A DNA stretch of 62,460 nucleotides, filler included, from an uncultured bacterium (lineage in GTDB: Bacteria; JAGOEH01), in assembly GCA_964632485.1 (NCBI GenBank). It is 10 parts of 10 records of this genome, joined end to end, with 100 filler letters (N's around TTAATTAATTAA, not from the genome) between each part and the next. Parts side by side here need not be neighbours in the genome. Positions count along the whole stretch, not along the records: positions 1 to 11,419 come from CAZWDO010000045.1; positions 11,520 to 18,136 come from CAZWDO010000046.1; 8 more parts are not named here. One strand, 5' to 3'. The notes under the pieces are model-generated. The model was not told the origin of the DNA. It worked only from the letters and a program-made list of their open reading frames with translations, and made no database searches. Shown in pieces: positions 1 through 12,000 of this stretch. Position numbers and translations under genes: made by a program. Numbering within the stretch: the first letter of the stretch is position 1; every line of letters begins with the position of its first letter.

Positions 1-54
1 CTGGCCTATCCCACTCCTGATACTACGCTCTTTATATTTCCGTGAAAATCTATG
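1..54 (-). mobile_element. IS terminal inverted repeat (CATAGATTTTCACGGA...) truncating the TPR/CHAT gene; family uncertain
   Basis: 39-54 on the minus strand reads CATAGATTTTCACGGA, identical to 35723-35738 (+). Both are followed ~11 nt later by CGTAGTA, both interrupt an ORF and both lie at a sequence end. Confidence 0.7.
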
Positions 55-1636
55 TCAAATATTGACCGACCTGATTCAATACATGCTGGCTTTCAATTGC
101 CAGTTTTTTAAAAATAATCGTATCTCTGGTAATATTCCAGCAACCGATACAATCCTGGAAAACACAATATTCCAAAATCCGGGTATTCAGATTAATACGT
201 TGTTGCAATTTTTTAAAATCAATATTTTTAATAGTGGATTTACATTTAAGCGTATTTAACTGTTGTTCGGTATAGATCACCGACAATTCATTTTTTATTG
301 AATCGATCCGGTGTCGAATCTGTCTTTTACCATTTAGAGAAACTGAATCATTCAGTTCATATAGCAGACAGTATTTCTTTTCCAATTCAGTCAGCGTATA
401 TTGATAAGCGATCTGTTTATCGCGAAAGGGTGGCAGTTGATTCATTTTTTTATTAACAAACAATTCGGAGAATCGTTTATATTTACTTTTTTCAAAAAAA
501 AGCAATGCGTTTTCAAAGTCGGATCGATCGATTAGAAAGCGGACAAAATCGTTATAGACAAACAAATATTTTTTAAAAGAACTGATTTCCGATTCCGCGC
601 TGATGGAAAAAGTCTGCAGCGTATCGATGGTTCTGATGGAACTCCGGTAGTACAGTTCCGCGTCATTATTTTTTTTCATAGCCCGAAAAACGGATGCCAT
701 TCCATACGATGCATACCAGTTTAAATCATCGAGCCCCAAACTTTCGCCGATTTCCAAAGCGTGTTTGAACATCTCCCGGCTTTTATCATATTTATGAAGT
801 TGAAACTCCAGAAACCCGATCTGGCAGAGAATTTCCACCAATTGGACATAATTTCGTTTTTGCCTTGCAATCTCTTTAGCTTGTTCTAAGGAGGCCCGGG
901 CTTCAGGAAAGCGTTCCATGCGCATTAAAACCCGGCCCTCAATCAAATAAGCCAGTCCGGAAAGCAATGGATTATTTTCCTTTTCAGCCAGGCTCACTGC
1001 CTGTTTAACGTCATGAAAGGCGCCGAGCAAATTGCCGTCATTCAGTTTAATTTCAGCCCCGTTTAAGTAATCAGTGGCTTCCGGTTGCTTAATACAATCG
1101 GCAGTCTGCTTCAGATATTGTTCCGCTTCATTTTTTTTTCCGACATTATTAAGAATTGACGAGAGATTCTCCAGAATCGCGCAACGGATATCAGGGGTTA
1201 CTAAATCGACGGATTGCCGGGCGAGCCGCTGCGCTTCCAGCATATTTAAGAGCGCGAACTGGTAATCGGCGGTTTGATTGGAGATATCGGCGAGATTGAT
1301 TAATAATTGAATCAATTGCAATGTATCATGCTCGCTCAGAAAGGATTTAGCGGCGATGAATTTAAGTTTCGCCGCGTTATAATGACTCAGATTGCGATGA
1401 CAAAGTCCCTGATTAATCATAATCGCCGAACGAAGCGAATTCAAGTATTCCGAAGGCGGGGCTGAATCCGTACAGGAAAAAGCCGAATCGAAAGCCACCA
1501 GCGCTGATTGCCAGTTTTTCTCTTGAAAATAGCTCTGCCCNNNNNNNNNNGCAACCAAATCTATGTGTTGCGAACTCGATACACTATAAAGAGTTAATAC
1601 TATCAGCGAAATAAAAAAGAACCAGAGATATCTCAT
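50..1636 (-). pseudogene. Secreted TPR-repeat protein of the TPR-CHAT architecture; CHAT domain cut off by IS insertion
   Basis: Signal peptide, many TPR-like helical repeats, then FEKSK...LQQRINLNTRILEYCV..W, typical of the linker preceding a CHAT domain. The stop codon comes from the IS end. Contains a 10-N gap. Confidence 0.7.
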
Positions 1637-1648
1637 GGATTGTTCTTC

Positions 1649-4300
1649 CTACCTTGTTTTTATAAAATTGATGCGGAAAATTACATTACGGTTCATACAG
1701 CGGCCTTCAGGCTTGCGATTATCCCCCAAGATTTTTCCAACTTGCAGTTCATCGCCGTGAAGCTTAAAGGGGGAGGTTGCGCCGACGCCGCGACCGGAGA
1801 TGGTAATATGCATTCGCTTAAACCATTCATCTATGCTTTCTTTCTGGTTATGGTTCAACATTACATGCATATATTGGTAAAGGCGTTCCATTTGGTTTTG
1901 CGCCCGGGATTCCGACAGTTTTAAATTATACGCATCCGATCCGATATCATCCGTATTGCCGATAATCGTCAACTGAATACTGTCGCCATTTTCACCCGCC
2001 GTCTGAAACAATCTTTTCGCTACATATTCCCAGCGATTCTCAAAATAGGAAATATTCGTCAGATCAGTGGCAAAAGCGAACTGAACCATCATCATTTCTT
2101 CCTGACGCTTTTCGCTACCGGTGATTTTGATGATCATACTGGTATCCGAAGCGCAATGCCAGGTTTTATCTTCCGCATCGATAAATTCTAGATGCGCATA
2201 ATATTTCTTACGGTAATCGGCCAATCGATTATCTTCATCGGTCCAATGCCAACTAAGATTTCCGGGGATTTTATCTTTACCCACCGACAATTCCCTGACC
2301 AGGTTACCGTCCACGTCTTCGATAGTCACGCGATAGTATTTGACTGCCAGCGGGAGGCGGGCGTTAATCCGAATATCGACGGAATCGGTAATCGAGCCGA
2401 TATCAAGAGTGGTTCTGCCCAGGCGGGGACGATAAATAATACCATCCGGATCGATGATCACCCGGATTGAATCGGTGATCCTGGACGAAAGGAAAGAGCG
2501 TTTTTTAATATTTTCAGGCATCTGTTCAATATAGTTTTCCTTGATGCCATAAACCACGCGGAGGGATTTTAGCGAAGTGTCCGGCACGGTAAACACCAGA
2601 TTGTAATCCGGATTATTTTTTAAAAGTTCAACGATTTCATCTTTTTTATCGAGGGCCTCGTTATAGGCATATTCAATTGGTGAAATTCCGAAGATTTCCA
2701 CCCGGCGATTCTCTTCTTCCGCCCGCAACTGCTCGATCTCTTTTGAAAGTCGGCGCATCGATCCGGTGATGGTTTTATAGAGGGAATCGTCCGGAGCGTC
2801 CGAGATTGCGATTTTATCCTCCGGAGCGCCTTTAGCGATCAGAAATTCGCGCACCCGCCAGGCCCGCTTCCTGGCCAGTTCAGGCTGGCCCGCTTCCGTA
2901 AAATAGTCATTGTAACCCTTCAACGTAATGCGGGCGTCCCGGTTCGCCATCAAGCGTTGCGACAGCGCATCCAAAAACAGATTAAACCGATCCTCCGCCA
3001 CGCCGCTGCTGTCCTTATCAAAAAAAATATAGGGTATCTGGGGAATCTCCTGATAATAACTGTTGAGTTGTTCGACAATCAAGGTGGTATTCTTCAGATC
3101 AATACGGATTTCAGGTCGCGCTTTATTGCACTTGACTTGATCCCGGCTAAAGCTCAGCATAGTGTATAGACCGATATACTGATCCTTTTTTTCTTCGGGA
3201 ACCACGTAAAGGGCGGAGGCTTGTTCGATCGATGTGAGTTTTGATTTGACGATAGTGTCAATTACCGCGATATTGTTGACGCAATAGACGAATAGCAGCG
3301 TATCCCCGGCATCGGGAGGAAAGGGAATGGTAATCCCGCGCGTCAACCGGTCAATATCTTTTTTACTGATCGAATTATCGGATTTCGGGGGTTCTGCCGC
3401 GCGCTCGCGGGGCAGGGAAAACACGAAGGTGAAATAGTGGTTGCCGTACGATTCGCCGTTGATTTCCGAAAGCGGATAGAGCGCTGAATAGTCCAGTCCG
3501 ATATGGAGTTTGGGTATCTGAAAAAAAACGCTGAATTTGAAATTATCGCGGGAATGTCCGGCCATGAGATTGAGGGAGCTATCCAGCATGACCGCGGTGA
3601 TGCCGATACCGGGGGCGATGGATAGCGAGGCATCGCCGGTCTGAAATCCGTCCACTTCGGCAATTACCCCATAGTTTCGCCAGGCGGCCCAGGAAACGCC
3701 GCCGATAAGATGACGGTCTTCGAGAGCAGGCGTATCGCCCGAAAAGGACAGATCCGGACGCGTCAGATTGATAGTGCAGACCGACAGATTGAAGCGGTCG
3801 GACAGCCGGTAATTCGCGCCCAAATCGAATCCCAGGGCGCCATGGCTGTCCCCTCCCGCGAACACCGGGTCCTGGGGATTATCTCCATATACATATTTAA
3901 ATGATGATTTATCCACTGCATGGCGGTAATAGATTAGCGCAGCGCCAGCGCAAAGACGCCCGTTCAAAAACGGACGGGAAAAACCCAGACTGAATCGCTG
4001 CTTGCCAAAAAGACCAGTCTGGTAGCTCTGAAACTGAGTTTGAAGATTGCCGAACGGCAAGGCCAACACCCCGGCGATGGCGCCGCTGTATACCTTCCCG
4101 CCGGGGAAAGACGCTTGATACGCGCGGTAGTTGACAAAAAAAGTATGCTCGCTCAGCATTCCCGCCGCGCCGACACTCGTCAATACCGATTTGACGTCCG
4201 GAGTGAAGCTGATAAATTCCTGGTTGAAATCCTGGGCCTTCATCACCGAAAGCGCCAGACACAGAGCGATGATTGCTTTGAAATATCTCTTCATATTCAT
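1649..4300 (-). CDS. PorP/SprF-like beta-barrel fused to two OmpA-like peptidoglycan-binding domains
   Basis: Signal peptide; barrel motif GFDLGANY..NLTRPDLSF; OmpA motifs IFFDKDSS..KGYND..KRA..NRRVEI and GNTDDIGSDAYNLKLSESRA..NRNV. Confidence 0.75.
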   Translation of the reverse strand: MNMKRYFKAIIALCLALSVMKAQDFNQEFISFTPDVKSVLTSVGAAGMLSEHTFFVNYRAYQASFPGGKVYSGAIAGVLALPFGNLQTQFQSYQTGLFGKQRFSLGFSRPFLNGRLCAGAALIYYRHAVDKSSFKYVYGDNPQDPVFAGGDSHGALGFDLGANYRLSDRFNLSVCTINLTRPDLSFSGDTPALEDRHLIGGVSWAAWRNYGVIAEVDGFQTGDASLSIAPGIGITAVMLDSSLNLMAGHSRDNFKFSVFFQIPKLHIGLDYSALYPLSEINGESYGNHYFTFVFSLPRERAAEPPKSDNSISKKDIDRLTRGITIPFPPDAGDTLLFVYCVNNIAVIDTIVKSKLTSIEQASALYVVPEEKKDQYIGLYTMLSFSRDQVKCNKARPEIRIDLKNTTLIVEQLNSYYQEIPQIPYIFFDKDSSGVAEDRFNLFLDALSQRLMANRDARITLKGYNDYFTEAGQPELARKRAWRVREFLIAKGAPEDKIAISDAPDDSLYKTITGSMRRLSKEIEQLRAEEENRRVEIFGISPIEYAYNEALDKKDEIVELLKNNPDYNLVFTVPDTSLKSLRVVYGIKENYIEQMPENIKKRSFLSSRITDSIRVIIDPDGIIYRPRLGRTTLDIGSITDSVDIRINARLPLAVKYYRVTIEDVDGNLVRELSVGKDKIPGNLSWHWTDEDNRLADYRKKYYAHLEFIDAEDKTWHCASDTSMIIKITGSEKRQEEMMMVQFAFATDLTNISYFENRWEYVAKRLFQTAGENGDSIQLTIIGNTDDIGSDAYNLKLSESRAQNQMERLYQYMHVMLNHNQKESIDEWFKRMHITISGRGVGATSPFKLHGDELQVGKILGDNRKPEGRCMNRNVIFRINFIKTR

Positions 4301-4325
4301 ATTCCTTTCCCTATATCTGGTCTGT

Positions 4326-7300
4326 TCAGCGAATCAGATGGAGAGCGCCCTTACATACCGTTTTTCCATCCAGTTTCAGTATGTAAAAGTATATATTATT
4401 CGCCATTAATTTATCGTTTTCATCCCGGCCGTCCCAGGTATCCTGATCCGTGATGACGCGGACCTGGTGTCCCTGGATATCGAAGATCAGAATCTCAAGT
4501 TTGTCGGTTGCGGTTCGTTTATTCGGAAATTCGAATATCGCCACATCATTGATGCCGTCGCCATTGGGCGTGAAGGGGTCCGGATGCGCCAGGCACTCGT
4601 CGGGTATCCCTTCGCCGGCATAAATAAAGGAGAGGGAATCGAACGCCACCCGCGATTGACAATAATCGGGTGTGACCATTTCTCCCGCCCAGGCTTGCAA
4701 GGTGATGGGATCGTTCCGGTAAAGGCTGTCCAAACGGTAGTCATGCCCCGGCACTCTAATTGTCGTATCGGCGAAACTCACGATCAGGGTCTCGGCTACG
4801 GGGAAAATGCCATTGTCTTCGATCGTGAAGCTGACATCGAAGGGCAGTGGAAGAGCTACCGAACTTAAAGCGGGCGCGAACGCGAGGATTTGCGGCCCGG
4901 TCCGATCCAGAATGAACTCGACCAGGGAATCCCCGACCGCGATATTACCGGCCAGGTCGCGGATGCTGTCGATGCGGACGCGGTTGTCTCCTTCTTGCCA
5001 GACGCCACGGTATTCCACGTAGTAGTGGAAGCAATCGCCCCAGGTCGCAACTGACGACGAACCGCGTCGATAGCGCGTTCCATTGACCTGGAAACTGATA
5101 CCTGCGGTATCGATCGCGCCGTCGCTATCCGTAATTTCAAAGAGAACTACCGTATCGCAGGCTAATTGAATCGTATCGTTATCGGTGCGATCGACGGGAT
5201 GAAGCATAGTCAGCGCTGGCAGGGTCTGGTCGATATAAACGCTGTCGCACAGCGTATCGCCGCGATTGCAGACGCAATCCTCGGCATAATAGCGGTAGTA
5301 ATGCCAGCCGGGCGTAATAAGGCCAGGCATGGAATCGCGTTCGCTAATCGGCGGAGTGGCGCATTGCCACGAAGTATCAAGGAAGATGCGCACTCCTCCC
5401 GCGCCACTGTCAGCGGCATTGAGAATCCGCGCCCAATAGGGCGCGTTGGTACAATGTTCCGGCAAATCGGAATGATAGCCTTGCGGCGGCGTACCGTCGA
5501 TGCCGAAGGTATCGGTGATGGCAGCGTGATTGCCCGCGCAATCAATGCATTCGATCGAGAGCGTGTAAATACCATCGGCTTTGTTCCGGACAGGAATCTG
5601 TAGCCACATGGCCGATGTCGGTTCGGTTACGATCACACTGTCGGTCATCGCTCCGGCTCGGGATACCGTCACCCGCAGTGTGTCTGCATGCGCGTCTGTG
5701 AAATTGATCTGGCAGCTCAGACTATCCCGCAGATGGGGTTTGATCCAGTACGGCGCGCAATCGCATCCATCCGCATGGCCGATATGGAGCGAATCGCTCA
5801 GTTGCGGCGCCTGAGTATCAATGATAAAATGCCGGACATCGGGATTGGCGCAAAGCGAGGATTCGGATGTACTATCAAAATTCAGGTCCGGCGGATGCCA
5901 CGCCCAGACCCGCCAGTAATAGTCGCCATCACGCAAATCATAGGGTAAATGATATTGAATGGGGTCGCTGAAATCAGGGGGGATCGGCGCGTCTGGCGTA
6001 AAGGTTCCCGGTGTCACTACCTGATTGTCATGGATCAAAGGAGTGAAATNNNNNNNNNNTCGAGGACACTCTCGAAGACATTTTGTCCCCGATAACTTTT
6101 TTGATTTGGATATGGAAATAGAGGGAATCGCCGTCCGCGTCGGGAAGATTAGTCCAGCTAAAGACTGGATTGACGCTATTGACGCATTGCTCCTCCTCAG
6201 GATATGCCAATTCCGGACACGCGGGCGGGTGGTCGCAAACGCGCATCATCACCACCAGACTCGTCAACGAATCGTTCTGATCGCAGAAATAAAGCGTATC
6301 GCGATAGACGCCCGCGTCTTTTGCGTTGTATCGATTTGGATCGACAAGGTAACCGAATCGCAGGGTGCAACGATGCCGTTCGTTTCGCCCAGGGTCAGCC
6401 ACTCAGCCGGGGAATTTCCCGACGGCTGGCACAGGCGCCAATGCACAGTGTCCCCGGCATTGATTAAATAAATCGAATCCTCGATTATTCCGCAGGGAAA
6501 TATCAGGGAATCCTGGCTGATCAGCATGCGCGGCCCCTCATATTCGATAGAGAAACTGCGGATCGTATCCGTACAGCAACCCGCGCTGTCGCAGGCTGTC
6601 AGTTTCCACCAATAGGTCGTATTGTGCTCGAATGTAGCGAGAGAAAAAGAAAGCTCCATTAGCGGAGTGGAAGGTACCACGAGCTGAGTGAACGATGGAT
6701 CGGTGGCGATGGCAATGGTATAAGTCACAGGATCTCCATCGGGATCCTCCGCGACCCAGCTCATAGTAATAGCGCCCGTGGAATCGGGTTCGGTGCACGG
6801 ATGTCGGTCCGGCGGATACATGGCATTAATGAGAGGGCAATGATTGGGAATCGTCATACTCACGAAAACCGTATCCGTCGGTGCGGCATGATCGCGGGAC
6901 GCAATAACGATCTCATCCGTATAGACCCCGCGCGTCATGCCCGCGGAATCCACCGTTACCGACACCATTTCGTTCTCCCGGAAAGACAGCGAGCCATTAG
7001 CCGGTTCAATGCGCGTGATCCACGATTCCTGCCAGGTCGATTGCCAGTTCAGCGGATCGCAGCCGGCGTTGAAAATCCGAAAGACTTTCGAATTGGATTG
7101 GCGAGGCAGGGAGAAATTAAAATTCAGTGGGTCAATGAGCGTCAAATCCCGAAACGGCGCATTCGCTTCCCGTTCATACGGATCAGCGAAAAAATCAAGG
7201 TCCGGATACACAAAGAAAGAGTCAATGGAGCTGAATATCGCGCTTTTCCCGTCTGTGGCGGAGATTTTCCAGTAATAAGTCGTGTTGACGCTGAGATTGG

Positions 7301-10300
7301 CCGGTGGATTGACCGTCGGAGCGAAGGAAGTTTCGCTGGTCGCCGTAACAATTTTTTGCGTACAGGAGGGATTCGTATCGAGATACAGATCATACGTCAA
7401 GGCATCGCCGTCGCCGTCATGCGCTGTCCAGCTCAACTCGATACCGTCAGCGAGACAGATGCTGTCCGCGGAGGCGGTAATGCCATCGATCACCGGCGGT
7501 ATATTGTCAATATTAATCTCCAGCCAGACAGTATCCGGGGAGGCGCCGCTGTTACTCTCGATGATAATGAAATCCAGGTGCATCCCCGGTTCCAGACCGG
7601 CAATATCCTTATCAAAACAAATCGTTCCGATCTCTCCGCTTTCCAGACTTCCCGAAACCGGATCATAATTCCGGGTCCATTCGCGCCGGTTGGGGTCGAT
7701 CAAATTCGACAATTCCCAGTCCAGGGTCTGGCAGCCCGTATTACGGATTGCCCAACAATATCGGTCTTTGTCAGAAAGGATAATCGTCCGGTCATTTTTT
7801 AAATCCAAACTTTGCATAATCTCTAAATGCGCCAACGGCCGATAAACAAAGGAACAAACAGTGTCGCTGTTAATCGTGGCGATGCCGTCGGTGGCGATGA
7901 CATACCACCAATACGTTTCTCCCTCGTTCAACCCCGAAAGAGCGCAACTGGTATCGCTTAGCCATGAAACGGAAGCTTTATGCTGGGGTGGATTGACGGT
8001 ATCCAGATATATATCATAAACAACTGCATCGCTGTCGCAATCTCCGCTCGCATTCCAACTCAAAATAACAGGAGTATCCAAACAGATAACCGAATCCCCG
8101 CGCGGCGCAATCAAGCTGAATGCTTCAGGGGGATGGTTATTAACCGTGAGGCTGACTAATAAAGTATCCACAGCGCGGTTATTATCGCATTCGGCGATAT
8201 AAAGGGTGTCAAGATAAAATCCTTTGGCCAATTGACAGGAACTCAATATATTCGGTTTTAAGCTTATCGCGACGTACCGCGAACTATCCGCCGGAATTAT
8301 ACTTTGTTGTGGGGTAAAATTAAACCAGGGCTGAATCGGATTTTTAAAACCCGCCTGCAGACAATATTCGATCGATTGGCATTCCCCCTCCGCTTTTAAT
8401 TGAAATGTCTTTAAAGTAGTGGCTGCCGATAAAACAATCGGGTTTTCCTGAGCTATCAATTTCAATTTAGAAGGATAGACCGTAGTGAAGCTCCAAATCG
8501 GGCCTTCGCTTCGGTTCCCGGCGCTGTCAATGGCGATAATCTTCCAATAATAGGGGGTATGCTCTTTCAATGGCGCGCCAGGGACCGGGCAAAAACTGTT
8601 TGTCTGCCTGATTATAAAAGGCGGATCCTCCGATTCGCCAAAATATACCTCATATTCCAGGGAATCGTCTTCCGGGTCGGAACAAGTCCAGCGCAATATA
8701 GTATCCTGAGAAATACAATTCGCGCTGTCCAATGGATAAACAATAATCGGCGCAGCAGGCGGATTATTCACTATACAAAATTTAACAAAGATTTGTTCAC
8801 TTCCACAGGTCAATGAGGCAATATCAATCGTATCCTCGTAACATCCGGGCGCTCGCAGGCTATCATGGATCGATACAGAAAATTCATCATTACCGTAAGC
8901 GCCAAGAGCGCCCGATCTTTTGCTCAGGATCAGCCAATCGGCATGAGTAGAAGCTGTCCAGGCCAAACTGTCGCAACCGGTATTGGTAATAGTGGCTTGG
9001 CGGGAATTACGGGACGCGCCAAAATCAAGCGCGGATGGATCAACCGATAATGAACAGGGTTCATCAGTTTTAAACGACCAGACAGGACCTTCCACGCCTT
9101 CCGGACACGATTCGGAAAAAGCGACAATTTTCCAATAATATGTAGCGCTTTCCTCTAAATTATTAATGGTATAATTGGAATTACCTACATTATCGTCAAT
9201 TATTGGAGGAGGATTGCTGGCGCCAAAATAAACATCGTAGGTGATCTGCTCCCCTGTAGGCGAGGTTGAATTCCAGGATAAATTCAATGGGGAGGAGACA
9301 GGGATACAAACGGCGCCGATTCCCGGGAAAAATGAAACGGGAACCGACGGACATGACCCCAATTCTAAATGAATCGGGATATCTTCAGCGCCGCAAAGTG
9401 ATTCTATATGCAACACATCATTATAATCCCCGTACTCAGTCAAATCGCTGCGATCTACATCAACGGTGATCGTAACTGAACCCGAGGGAGGAATCGTGCG
9501 GCTATCCGGCGATACCGATGTGATCCACGACTCCCAGTCCCGGGTGATGGTGTAATCGCAACTTCCACATGGACTGCTGTTAGTAATCACAAAGCTCAGT
9601 TGTGTCAGTGTCTTTCTGAAATCCAGAGCGGTCGGCGAATAGCTCACCGCTCCAGGCTGCCAGGTCGTAAACGACCATGGATCGCCAAGCGTGCTGTCAG
9701 CGCAGGTTGCCGTTTTGGCGACAACCTGCCAATAATAAGTAGTCGGCGTGAGCGGCTGTTCAAATGAAAGGGTACAGGTAGTGGTTTTCAAGGCGGTTTC
9801 GATTCGGGTCATCGACGCGCTGGATGTTCCAAAATACACATCGTAGGAGATCGAATCGCCCCCGGCCACGGAACAACTCCAGCTCAATGTTGCCGGGGAG
9901 GTTACGCAATTTAGGGGACTGAGATTGGAGGGCGGATTGGGGCAGGCGGTCACTTCCAGATGCAGGGGAATACTTTTATCACCACACGGCGACGTTACAT
10001 GTAAGGTGTCGTAATAGTTCCCCTCTGCCAATCCATTGCGATCGACGGTCACGGTGATAGTTGCTAAATCCATTGTGTCAATTGTTCCACTTGTCGGTGT
10101 GACTGATGTTATCCAAGCGGACCCATTGTTCGTAATCGTATAGGCGCAACTGTCGCAATTCGTGTTGTTGCTGATAGTGAATTCGCGTTGGTTTTGGTTA
10201 TGCCCAAACTCCAGCGAATCCAGGGAAGCGCCTGGCTCATGCTTATAATAGATCAGCGCCCCTGGCTCAAATGTTGTGAACGACCACACAGGCCCTGCGG

Positions 10301-11419
10301 AAGTACTATCCCCGTCGGTGGCGATAATCTGCCAGTAGTAAGTTGTATTGGGAGAGTAACTGTTGAAATCATAGGTCGTACCGAGTTGAGCCGCGCTGAC
10401 TGTATTCGTTGGCGGATTGGTTGCGCCTACCTTGACGTCATATTTCACTGTATCCCCCGCATCCGGATCGGTCGAAGCGTTCCAACTCAGGACAATCGGC
10501 GGCGTCCCCGAATTTGGTACGCATGTCGCCGCGCTATCCGGCGAAATATACGTCGGCGCTGTCGGCGGAGTATTGGACTTGACACACCGGATAGCAAACC
10601 CATCTTGTTTCGTAGGTTGTATATCTTCAATATTACCTTTATTGTAATTTAACATCCAACCCCATGCTCCAACACCGGCATCTGTACTAGTCCAATAACG
10701 GGCCGATGAATCAATAAGTCTAAATTGCTTGGCTTGATAGGTAGCATGGTGTATACCATGACCCAAGCCTGTGAATCCACTTTGATTAGTTGCTCCAGTA
10801 TTCGGTGCATTCCAATGAACTGTATCAGTTTCTTTCATTTTACCGCCTGCTTCTGCTGCCCCACCTAAATAATCTACTAAAATTTCCCATTCACTATTAC
10901 TAGGTACATGCCAACCGTCAGGAGCTATATTCCTTGAGTATTGCGCGGCATAGAAATTGTATAACCGCCCATAAGTGCTAATATTATCATTATTATTATC
11001 ATAACAGCACCACGCACCTGTAGTTGTGTTAAGCCAGTTAACACTATCGGTTATATTAGGAATCGAATCACCATTCTGGTAGTGAGTTACCTTTAAATTT
11101 TCAGCCATCCACCATTGGTTGCCTATTTTAACTGTCTTGTATTGATTTCCATTTGTATCTGTAACAGTCCCAGTCCGTATAGCAGCTTTTGATAATATTG
11201 AATTTAAAGAAAATAAATTTGAATCACTACCTACTGTACTGGTTATCCGATTATCCGTCAGATTAAAAACCTGTTTGTTTTGCGAAAAATTTGTTTGATA
11301 TAAAATAAATATAATGCTAGTAGCAACTATTGTATCACGCCAAAATCGCCGCTCTACCTTGAAATACCTTGAAATACCTTGAAATACCTTGAAATACCTT
11401 GAAATACCTTGAAATACCT
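4326..11419 (-). CDS. Giant (~2300 aa) secreted protein: N-terminal FISUMP domain, alternating FN3/BACON-like repeats, C-terminal T9SS type B (gliding-motility) sorting domain; split by a frameshift near 6322 and an N gap at 6050-6059; 5' partial
   Basis: ORFs 6264-11108, 6028-6402 and 4326-6038 continue one repeat pattern (DPDGD..YDVYFG..TYYW..GPVWSF). The frame is open upstream of 11108 (DTNGNQYKTVKIGNQWWMAENL). C-terminus is PDPFTPNGDGIND...WDGRD...YFYIL...LHLIR. Confidence 0.8.
11355..11419. repeat. Perfect 10-bp tandem repeat (TACCTTGAAA) x6.5 running into the contig end
   Basis: Directly visible; lies in the 5' coding region of the giant gene. Confidence 0.95.
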
Positions 11420-11519
11420 NNNNNNNNNNNNNNNNNNNNNNNNNNNNNNNNNNNNNNNNNNNNTTAATTAATTAANNNNNNNNNNNNNNNNNNNNNNNNN
11501 NNNNNNNNNNNNNNNNNNN
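11420..11519. other. Artificial contig spacer (first of nine)
   Basis: 100-nt N run with central TTAATTAATTAA (stops in all six frames), repeated identically nine times. Confidence 0.99.
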
Positions 11520-11571
11520 TTTTGTTAAGTTGTTTTTAACCTCGTTCTCCATTTTCCGCTGAACCAATACA
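11520..11571 (-). mobile_element. IS end (TGTATTGGTTCAGCGGAAAATGGAGAACGAGG...), same as 30041-30092
   Basis: Exact reverse complement of 30041-30092; at a contig end; abuts a 5'-truncated ORF. Confidence 0.7.
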
Positions 11572-11576
11572 CCAGC

Positions 11577-11990
11577 ATGTTTGCCTGGCATTATAATCAA
11601 TCGATTGAAAAATTTATAAATCCGTTTTTAAACGAAATCAGTCAAATGGTTTCGATTGATACCCAGCGTATTCATCTGGTAGGTCTCGAATCCGGCAGTG
11701 TTGCATTGGATTATTTCCGTCGGAACCCATCTCGCCGTTTTGCCTCCTATACGTATATTACCCCCCTGGAGGGGATAAATAACTTGCAGATACCGATGGA
11801 TTCAACCCCCATTTATGTGATTGACGCCCAAGACAATCAGTTTTTTGGAAATACTATCAATTACACCCGTCAATTAACCGGCCTGGGTTTTTCAGTGGAT
11901 ACGCTATTCACGGACGAGGGAGAGACATTTATGATGTTAAGAGAGCGGGCTAAAATTTCCGCCTGGTTAATGAATCATTGGGCATTCTAA
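11577..11990 (+). pseudogene. C-terminal fragment of an alpha/beta-hydrolase-fold protein
   Basis: IDTQRIHLVGLESG resembles the D..RI.L.G.S.G nucleophile elbow region; begins immediately after the IS end. Confidence 0.5.
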
Positions 11991-12000
11991 GAGATTTTAT

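Noticed and set aside
6315-6330. Programmed frameshift in the giant gene
   Set aside because: It falls in a short A4 run with no slippery heptamer; a sequencing error or simple mutation is more likely.
4467-10652. Long antisense ORFs (e.g. 6801-7802; also 16497-17138, 17346-18188, 60472-61092)
   Set aside because: Shadows of real genes on the opposite strand with no protein motifs.
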